A DNA stretch of 64,000 bases from Chiloscyllium plagiosum. Taxonomy: Eukaryota. The notes under the pieces are model-generated. The model was not told the DNA's origin, ran no database searches, and worked only from the letters and a program-made list of their open reading frames with translations. Numbering within the stretch: the stretch's first letter is position 1; each line of letters opens with the position of its first letter. Shown here piece after piece: positions 54,198-64,000 of this stretch. The position numbers and the translations under genes are program-made. The stretch lies in assembly GCF_004010195.1 (NCBI RefSeq), contig NC_057718.1, positions 26,539,688 through 26,603,687 of the forward strand, written 5' to 3'.

Positions 54198-54716
54198 GTA
54201 ATGGGAAATGACTGCTTTAGTTGTTCAGCTATGACAGAATAATCAACAATTAATCTGGTTTGCAATATGAATTCATATTGAAATAGTTATCACCCGCAAA
54301 ATCCAGTTATGTTTTAATATATTGTAACAAACTGAATGAATCTAATCATCCAGTAAACAGTCCATGTTATGCAAATTGTGTAAGTTCAATACAACTATGT
54401 ATTTATATTGTATCTCTTGCCCTGCCAAAACATTTTGATATCTTTGATATTATTTGAAGTAAACATACAACTGTTTATTGGCAACTAATTGGCATTTTGC
54501 AAGTTCACACAAACAAATCACTATATTTTGATGGTGTTGGTTGAGAGTTGTGTGTTAAGCCACCTTTAAACTTCCTGTTTTCTCTTTGAGAACTTTGCAA
54601 TCGCCATATGGTGTTTAATATGGTCTTCCAAAAACTGCACCACCAATAATGTGTTGCATTGTATTGCAGTCAAGTAGATTTTGTGTTTTTTTTAAAATCT
54701 GCTCATGGTAAGCATT

Positions 54717-54836
54717 AGAAAGGGCTTTTGCCCGAAACGTCGATTTTCCTGCTCCTCGGATGCTGCCTAACCTGCTGTGCTTTTCACCACTCTAATCTAA
54801 ACTCTGGTTTCCAGCATCTGCAGTCCTTGTTTTTAC
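54717..54836 (+). mobile_element. Short PLE insertion with 15-bp TSD
   Basis: ctcatggtaagcatt at 54702 and 54837; begins aagggcttttgcccgaaacgtcg. Confidence 0.88.
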
Positions 54837-54904
54837 CTCATGGTAAGCATTGCCCATTCCAAATTGACCTTCAGGATGTGGTGGTGAAGTGCCATAATCC
54901 TTGG

Positions 54905-55128
54905 ACAAAGTTAAAAATCACACAACACCAAGTTATAGTCCCAACAGGTTTATCTGGAAGCACGAGCTTTCAAAGCGTTGCTCCTTCAGGTGATTGTGAA
55001 GCAGGACCATTAGAATTTATAGCAAAAGATTACAGTGATACAATGATACATTGAACAAACCTAGATTGTTAAGTCTTCCATCTTTTAGAATTGATTTGCT
55101 GGTTTCACAACTTTAATATATAAATCCT
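54905..55128 (-). mobile_element. PLE terminal-repeat fragment (second family)
   Basis: shares sequence with 40228-40314 and 58954-59200. Confidence 0.75.
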
Positions 55129-55476
55129 AGATAATAGATGATAGAAGTCACAGGTTTGGAAGGTGCTATCAGAGAAGTGTCAGAGAGTTATTTAAGTGTG
55201 CCTTGCAGATGACTCACACTGCTGCCACTGAGTGTCAGTGGTGAAGAGAGTGAATGTTGAAGACAATGGGTAAGATGGCAATCAAGCAGGCTGCATTGTC
55301 CTTCTTGAGAACTGTTGGAACTGCATATATCCATACAAGTGGAGATCATGCCATCACATTCCTGACTTTGTGTTTTATAGATAATGAACAAGCATTGATG
55401 TTATATTCAGTCACATACTGCCAGTCACGTTAGATTTCTCCGGCATTTTGTTTGCAGAATTTAACCGGGCGGTTTT

Positions 55477-55952
55477 AGAACATAGAAACGTATAGCACAG
55501 AACAGGGCCTTAGGCCCACGATGTTGTTCCGAGACTTAATTTTAATGTAAAATATAGTAACTTAACCTACACACCCCTCAACTCCATATGCATGTCCAGC
55601 AGTTGCTTAAATGTCCCCAATGACCTTGCTTCCACCATCACAGCTGGCAACGCATTCCATGTATTCACAACTCTCTGCGTAAAGAACCTACCTCTGATGT
55701 CTCTTTGTACCTTCCTCCTAATATCCTCAAACTATGACTCCTTGTACCAGTCAATCCTGCCTTGGGGAAAAGTCTCTGGCTATTGACTCTATCCCTCTCA
55801 TTATTTTGTACATTTCGATCAGGTCTCCTCTCTTCCTCCTTCTCTCCAGAGAGAAAAGTCCGAGCTTATTCAGCCTTTTTTCATAAGGCAAGCCCTCCAG
55901 TCCAGGCAGCATCCTGGTAAACCTCCTTTGCACCCTCTCCAAAGCCTCCACA
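55477..55952 (-). mobile_element. CR1 3' fragment running into the gap
   Basis: EALERVQRRFTRMLPGL. Confidence 0.9.
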
Positions 55953-56452
55953 NNNNNNNNNNNNNNNNNNNNNNNNNNNNNNNNNNNNNNNNNNNNNNNN
56001 NNNNNNNNNNNNNNNNNNNNNNNNNNNNNNNNNNNNNNNNNNNNNNNNNNNNNNNNNNNNNNNNNNNNNNNNNNNNNNNNNNNNNNNNNNNNNNNNNNNN
56101 NNNNNNNNNNNNNNNNNNNNNNNNNNNNNNNNNNNNNNNNNNNNNNNNNNNNNNNNNNNNNNNNNNNNNNNNNNNNNNNNNNNNNNNNNNNNNNNNNNNN
56201 NNNNNNNNNNNNNNNNNNNNNNNNNNNNNNNNNNNNNNNNNNNNNNNNNNNNNNNNNNNNNNNNNNNNNNNNNNNNNNNNNNNNNNNNNNNNNNNNNNNN
56301 NNNNNNNNNNNNNNNNNNNNNNNNNNNNNNNNNNNNNNNNNNNNNNNNNNNNNNNNNNNNNNNNNNNNNNNNNNNNNNNNNNNNNNNNNNNNNNNNNNNN
56401 NNNNNNNNNNNNNNNNNNNNNNNNNNNNNNNNNNNNNNNNNNNNNNNNNNNN
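55953..56452. other. Assembly gap (500 N)
   Basis: Ns. Confidence 1.
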
Positions 56453-56499
56453 TGTATCCTAGCTCCTCTAAGTTTTCATTTACAATATTGTTATGTAAA

Positions 56500-57470
56500 T
56501 GACACTGTTGTAGCTATACTGGAACAAATTGGCTAAGGACATGGATCATTCTGGAGCACCAGTCTTCTTTTCTAAATGTTATCAGCTCCCCTAGCCTTTG
56601 CAGTTTCCACTGCCTTCAGCATCCCTCGATATGCAGCAAATTGAATTGGTTGATTCTGGCATCTGTTGTGCTGGGGAGCTCAAGACATGCAGATGAATCA
56701 TCTACTTGGCGCTTCAGACTGAAGATGGATGCAAATACCTCAGCCTTGCCTTTGATGTTCTGGGCTCCCTCATCTTTGGGGATATTTGTGAAGACTCCTG
56801 CTACTGGTAGCTGTTTAATTGTCTTTCACATTCAAGGTTGGATGTGGCTAGACTGCAGAGCTTTGATCTGGTACATTTGTTGTGGAATTGCTTAGCCCTT
56901 AATATGGTAACAGGGTCACATAATATGATGGAACATTTGCTCAACTTGGAGATGGAATTTCATCTCCACCAGTACTAAGCAGGAGTCATTCCTACCAATA
57001 TTATCATGGACAGATGCATTGTGACAGGTAGATTGGTGACGATGAGGCCAAGTAAGTCACTTACGTGCTGCACACTTTGTCTAGCAGCCAGGTTCTTTAA
57101 GAACTGGTGATTTCAGTCAGTAAAGGTGCTACTGATGGACAGTGAAATCCCCCACAGTTCAATATGGAGGGGCACTAATTTAACAGCTAAGGGGGAGAAA
57201 TAGATGGTAATTAGCAGGAGAAATCCTTGCCCATGTTTGATCTGATGCCATGAGATTTAATGGGATCCAGAGTCAATGTTGAGGAAGTCCAAGCTAACTC
57301 CTTCCTGAGTGTATACAAATGTGCCACCATTTCTACCAGAGAGCCAGGACATACCCAAGAATGGTGTAGGTGGTGTCTGGGACATATTCTGTAATATATG
57401 ATTCCATGAGTATTTCCATGTCAGGCTGTTGTTCAATAATCTATGAGACAGCTCTGTCAAATTTGCCACA
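56500..57470 (-). mobile_element. Old LINE fragment; related pieces at ~53020-53370 and ~55150-55400
   Basis: pattern resemblance to elasmobranch LINE ORF2; no intact ORF. Confidence 0.4.
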
Positions 57471-58953
57471 ACTCCACCCACAACCCCCCTTTAGACTTGG
57501 TAGTGGCTTTATAGAATTGCTTGCTGGGGCCAAATCAGAGGGCAGTTAAGTGTCAATTACATTGCTGTGAGCCTGAAGTCACATGTAGGCCAGACCAGGT
57601 AAGGATAGCAAATGTCCTGTCTTGAAGAACATTAATGAATCAGATTTTAATTACAATTATGATATCGCTGCCATTAAGTTAGTTTTTAATTCCAGACATT
57701 TTTTTTAACTAAATTCAAATTTCATTATCTACAATGGTGGTATTTAAACCCATGTCCCAAAAAACATGGGGTATGAGGTTCTGGATTACTAGTCCAATGA
57801 CATTAGCATCACACTACCATTTCCCTTCAAGTTAAAAGTCTGTAATGAGGCATAAAATCATGTTTTGTACACAGCACCAGCAGGAAGTGCACAACCTGCC
57901 ATATTGCCTGAGGACAATCAAGAGACATACCCACGTAGGCAGCAAGTGTTTGAATGAAAACACAGCAAGTATTTGAAAGAGATTTATCACAGTCACTATC
58001 CCAAACAAGACCCCACCCAATCCTCAGATGGCTGACTTTTGGGACTGGCCCTACCACAAATAACACTTCCTACAGCCCATTTATACTGCAACTCCATATC
58101 TCTATACTACTCTAACATTCAGTCTATGATTTCCATGACTACAATTTCCTGTTCTCTCCCCACAAGATCCCCACTTGCTCCTCGACCCTCATAGTCCATC
58201 TTGCAAGTACCTGATCATTTGCAGGATTCCAAACTTGCAGCACCTACCTTTTGTTGCCTCCTCCCATACTGCCATCTTCATTGTTAATGAGGTTAACATA
58301 CAAGGATGTCATTCATCCCGTTGAGTCCCTGCTGATTAAAGCTGCAGTCATCCAGGCTCTTCAGGCCTTGCAATCTGAATTGAGAGTAATAACTATGTCC
58401 ACACATATGTTTCACTGCCATTATCTTTTGAATCATATGAAATGGCTGCAGCTGAGCCAAAGAAACAAAATAGGAAAGGGAGATTTTATTTATATGTAGT
58501 AGGCTTCTCAATAGCTTGATACTTTTCTACCATATATTAGTTGACTGCTTGATCAGGCAGCCAACTGTACCATGTCCCTATTAATTTTGTTTTGCAAATG
58601 CTGCTAGTTTTATACCAGGCAATTTTCAACACTTTAACTTACCTCAGTGGCAGGGGGAGTGACAATCTTATGCCATGCTTAACAACTTGTTGAAACACCA
58701 GCACTATGAATAACAATGCATCAAGTTGTAACTTACTGATAGTGCATTCTAAAATGGCATGCATACTTTGCTCTATTTTATTCATTTTATCTGATTAAAA
58801 TTCTGAATACTTCATCCTTTTTGCATCTTTGTGTTTTAACACTGCAGTGATGCAAAAGCTTAATGTCTCAAATGATTACCAGTAAATGCATTAAATTGGA
58901 TTTTCAATGCTGAATAGTAAACCAAACCAAGTTAGTTAACTTGAATTCTTTAA

Positions 58954-59496
58954 AGTTAAAAATCACACACCTGGTTATAGTACAACAGGTTTATTTGGAA
59001 TTACAGCTTTCAGAGAACTGCTCCTTCATCAGGTAACTAGTGGGATAGGATCATAAGGCACAGAATTTATAGCAAAAGATCACAATGTCATATATATTGA
59101 ACTATTGAAATATATTGAACAAACCTAGATTGCTGTTAAGTCTTTCATCTTTTAGAATGGGTTGCAGGTGTCGGTTCATTAATATGTAAATCCCAGAACT
59201 TCTTTTAAATCACATTCTCAAAATAACTTAAGATTTTATTAAAAAACAGTGACGTCTCCGCTCAGACAAGGTGTGAGGTTAGACTCTAAGGTTTGTGCAA
59301 TTTATCCTTTTAATTGCATCATACAGTGATCTTTTTGCTATAAACTCTGTGCCTTATGATCCTGTCCCACTAGTTACCAGATGAAGGAGCAGCGCTATGA
59401 AAACTAGTACTTCCAAATAAACCTGTTGGACTATAACCTGATGTTGTGTGATTTTTAACTTTGACCACCTCGGTCCAACACTGGCACTCCCACTCA
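58954..59496. mobile_element. PLE fragment with ~130-bp inverted arms and 12-bp TSD
   Basis: tgaattctttaa at 58942 and 59497; arms ~58954-59083 and ~59326-59462. Confidence 0.85.
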
Positions 59497-59557
59497 TGAA
59501 TTCTTTAAGTCTGTTATATGTAAGACTTGTTTTGAAACTTGCATTAATGCAAAATTT

Positions 59558-59893
59558 ATAGAATCACTACAGTTTGGAAGCAGGCCAATCAGCCCATTGG
59601 GTCCACATTGACCCTCCGAATAGCATTCCATCTAGACCCACCCTCCCTGTAACCCTTCATTTTTCCATGCCGAACCCATCTAACCTACACACCCCGATAC
59701 TATGGTCATTTAACATGGCAAATCCACCTAACCTGCACATCTTTGGACTATAGGAGGAAACTGGAGCACCCAGAGAAAACCCGCATGGAGATGGGGAGAA
59801 TGTGCAAATTCCACAAAGTCACCTAAGGGTGGAATTAAGCCTGGGTGCCTGGCATTGTGAGGCAACAGTGCTAACTACTGAGCCACCATGCTG
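59558..59893 (-). mobile_element. HE1-type SINE, older copy
   Basis: same head/tail as the other copies. Confidence 0.8.
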
Positions 59894-62800
59894 CTCAGAA
59901 TTGTTCAGAAAGCAATGCCAACTTTCCACTAGTGAGAATTTTTTTCATGAACTCAGGGCTGAAAATTGTCTGGAGGTTGCCTGTGTACTTCCATGAAGCA
60001 GCAGTAATCTGGTGCTGAAGGATTAAATTTGGAAGACAATTTGCATAATCTGCCTTGTATGCTCAAAGTTTTAAGGGTGATCAAATCATGGTATTTAAAA
60101 TGATAAATTGAATTCAATAGGGATGAGAAAATAAGGTAGAATATCTGTGTGGAAAGTCAGAATATGAGGGCATTACTTTAAAATTAGATCTTGGGTACTC
60201 AACAGTGAAGTTAACTAGCACTTCTTATCCCCATAGTCTAAGTCTGGAATCTGTCCCCTCAAAATAATAGGTCAGTTAAATTTTCAAGATTGCGATTAAT
60301 GCATTTTTTTCGCTAAATATTCCAACGGATGTTGAGTTACACATTAATCATGATATAATTGAGTAGTAAAGCATGTTGTAAGGACTCTACTCCTCTCCCC
60401 ATGTTCCTAGTATCAAAAAACATTGCTATAATCACAGTTGTCTGAAATGTCTCATCATACAGAGCAGGCACATTCTCAAAAGTATGAGATTTGCTTATGA
60501 TCAAAATGAAGATGAATCGAAAACCCATTTTAAGTTATAAAACCATTGTAGGAGTGAATTGGTCAAAAATTTATAAAAAGAAGAATGAGTCTTACCCCAA
60601 ACAATAAAAATCGTCAGCCTTGTTTAGGTTGGGAATGATCTCGGCAATCATAATGAAGTGTAGTTTTGTGAGACCTTAATGCATGTATTTGTAAATGGAG
60701 TTTCAATAAACAGCAACAAAAGCAAATAATTCAAAGATATTTATTTTTCTTAAGGGAATAAAAGAACAAAACCATTTATCTGAAGTTTCTATTTCAACCA
60801 TTATTGAAGTAATTAGGAGTTTATCACACAACACAAGCCAGTAGTAATAATGCATGATTCTAACTGGTGTACTGAATAGATGACTTCACAAAATGGCTGT
60901 GCCCACTACTGTAATCATGTTGTAAGTGGATTTATCTATAACTGTACATGTTAAAAAATAAAGTTGAAGTCTATCTTAATACAATGTCTGCAATCATTTT
61001 AAGAAAATGACTTGTAAGAATAAAATAGCTCTGCATCAAACATATACATGTATTTAAAATTCTATCAGTAAAATACTGTAACATCTTTAATATTGTTAAG
61101 AAGAAAGCAATAGCTATTTCTCTAAAAGTGCTACAATTACGTCAAAATAACTATCGCAGTTTCCAAAAATAGCACAAACTCTGTTCACCTAAAGAATTTA
61201 CCGGTATTTAAATACCTTAGTGCTGTTATGACAAGTTATTTAGTTGTAATATTTTGGAGAGACAGTGGCATTTTAGTTATCCAACATAATTTCTCCTAGC
61301 TTTAGTTGCTTCTCAAGGTATAATCCAGGGGAAAAATAATTGACCTTCAGATTTCTACCCTGTCAAAAAAAATGGATGTATGCAGAACTGATAAGCTTGA
61401 TAAACTGTTACAAAATGTTTTGTCCCCTCTTTTGACTCAATGTTTATTAACATAATATATAATCCTAGCAATCTTGGCCTGTTAAATGATCTAGGTGAAA
61501 GCTGTCACTTCAGAGCAATCTGTACTCATTGCGATTGGTTGCGAATATTCCTGGTTCCTAATAAGTTGAAGACACCAGGCCATCCTAAATCTGATGTACC
61601 TATAACACCTAGTGCATCAGCCATAATTGTTAGTTGTGTAAACTCTTTGTCAGATTAATTCATATTTTATAAAACAGCAACAAATCACAACTGAACAATT
61701 AGCAGCTCTCCACCAATGGTTTTGTTATCTTAAAGATATTCTCTTACAAAACCTGATTCTCTCTAACTTGTAATTGGAAGTTACAAACTGCTGTCAATCC
61801 ATAAATCTCCTTCAGTAAGAGCAATTAGCTTTAAATCGATCAAAGGATGTGGTTACCATTAAACATATTTCGATACTTTAGAAAACTTGACCTCAGGAGA
61901 CTGAAAAATATATTTTGGTTACATGGTATGACATTTCTGCCTTCCTACTTCATCTGAGAGTATAAAATCAGTGTAAGAATCACAAATTTCCACTGATTTG
62001 CTGGTTGACCAGGGAGTGTTGCATTCACTTAGCCATTTTAAGGATGGTAATCGTGACCCACATAAATAAGTACAGCTCCTGCACCCTTTTCCAGACCAGT
62101 TCAAAACATAATGTAAAACAGTTGAACTCACGTTGCTGCAAATTCAGATTACTTTGACAAGCACGACAGCAGACATTGAGAGGACATGCTATTTCAGAAA
62201 AAAAAATTGGTTTAATTTGGAGAAGAGAGCATCAGGAGCACCTATGAGACTGGGCCAACATTTGACTCAACCAAAATTGGTCAGCTTCTGACCAACAAGA
62301 TCAGCTCAAGGAGAGCCACAGTTTATGATGATACATACTGAGAACTGAATTAGGACAATTTTCAGGCTGCTGTCCCTTGTTGAATACCCTGACTGCATAC
62401 TATGCGAATTGTGACCACTTTTGGGCGCTAATCAGTTTATGTACCCTATAACATACCATCTTTGACAGCATGCAAGAATTACCACAACTTAAATATTTTG
62501 TAAGATAACGTATACTCAAAATTGTTGAAAAGTTTCATGTACTGTAAATCAAACTGAGGAACAGGACAATGGACAGCTAAAATAAACTCTCAATAAACAA
62601 AAAATATGCTGCCCTTGCTTTTGGATTATGGAAACAGACTTTTAATGACCTGATTCATATGAAAATGGGATAATGTTAATAAGTGGCATTGAGTACTGTG
62701 ATCAAATGATAAATTTTCAGAGTTTGGTTTACAAGATAGTGACATATTGTTATTGGTTACTTCTCTGAACGGTTTTAAAAATAACTAGCTCTGGAACATT

Positions 62801-64000
62801 GCCCTAATCCACTATGTGTCAGAGATCAGGGACCGCTGTTAATAGAATTGTGTCGGGTTTAGAACAGGGTATGCAAACATAGAGGGAAATTAGCTTGTTT
62901 TTGGTTCAGGATAATCAAGAATTGATTTTAATGAAGTAAAAACCCAGAGTTTGGAGGTTTTTGAGCTCTTTTGGAAGAGCTCTGTCTGGGATCAGAAGCA
63001 CTGTAGTTTCTGGGCCTTAAAGGAGTAAAGGACAGTTTAGGAAATAAGTTACCTTCGTAGAAGTTGACTTTGTACATCTTCTAGATAAGAAAATGTTTGG
63101 TTATAAATCTGCAGATGACTGAAAGACTGAGAACATCTATACTTTCATTTTTTTGAGTATTTTTGTAAGAAGACTTCATATTTCACAGAAAAGAACAGGG
63201 AAGAATCATTTTAGTCAAACTTAAAGATTTGAGATAGGTGTACTTTCCCTGGATGTAAACTTATGAAGTAATGCTGTGGACAAATAGGTTGAATATTTTG
63301 TGTTTCTGTGGATTTTAAGATCTTTCAAATTGTGTACTATATTCAGATAGCTTATTTTTTAAAATTCATTTCTTTGTGCAATAAATTTCTGTTCCATTGT
63401 TAAAGAAAATTTTCAACCTTTTGTTTCAGTGGTGACAACCATGTTTTTTTAAAATGACCAAGAGATCTGACTTACCTAGTTGGGATCATAGAGATGCATT
63501 ACCCAATCTGGGTAGTAACTTTAGGACATCAAGAAGCTGTACATTCTTCTGAAAATGTCAAACCTATCTACCAAGTTTACAAACTAATGCAAAAATCACA
63601 CCATACCCATACTCACTCTGTTTTCTTAGGTGACACAGTCAGCAATTAATGCTTAAAATAGAACATATTAAAACAACCTATGAGTCACAGCAACAGATTC
63701 TTAATCAGGTGGGAGATTCAGGGCGATTTTCATGTAGTATGCATAGTTACTATGGGTAAGAATCAACTGTGCTTTAAATTCACTCATAAAGAACATTTGA
63801 GCATTTCAGCAAATATCCTGGATCCACTGGCATCTTTTGCGTCATTGCCATTTTACAAAGCTATGCATCCAGACAAGAATCCAGAACTGCTCTGCACAGT
63901 TCCTAACATTTGGACCTGGAAAACATTCACACTGGAAAAAGACAATGTTATCCAGGAGATATAAGCTATTAGACTGGATGGGATTGAGGTTCATAAGGAG

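Noticed and set aside
55928..56536. 202-aa ORF
   Set aside because: Mostly N gap
62690..63490. Possible solo LTR (similar impression for 1-800)
   Set aside because: No paired LTR, PBS or TSD could be verified

Overview
Vertebrate genomic DNA, very probably from a shark/elasmobranch (inferred from HE1-type SINEs, abundant CR1/HER1 LINEs and shark-type Penelope fragments; species not determinable). The only supportable protein-coding gene is the 3' part of ALK on the + strand. Six exons correspond to human exons 24-29: exons 24-28 are 98/93/102/135/91 bp with canonical AG/GT boundaries, and the terminal exon ends at TAA 41555. Together they encode the kinase C-lobe and a C-terminal tail longer than human. 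The rest is intron/intergenic DNA dense in transposon remnants: CR1, L2, Rex1/Babar, SINEs, a decayed near-complete Tigger/pogo element, Tigger-type MITEs and many Penelope-like (PLE) fragments. There is also a 1.8-kb 32-bp minisatellite with a 96-bp higher-order repeat, and two assembly gaps. Most notable non-obvious signals: (1) about a dozen minimal hammerhead-ribozyme motifs carried by PLE terminal repeats, with short insertions repeatedly starting at the ribozyme; (2) the minisatellite starts exactly at a CR1 RT motif and carries a kB-consensus decamer in most units; (3) an ALK tail ending in a class I PDZ-type motif. Repeat boundaries are approximate, read by eye.
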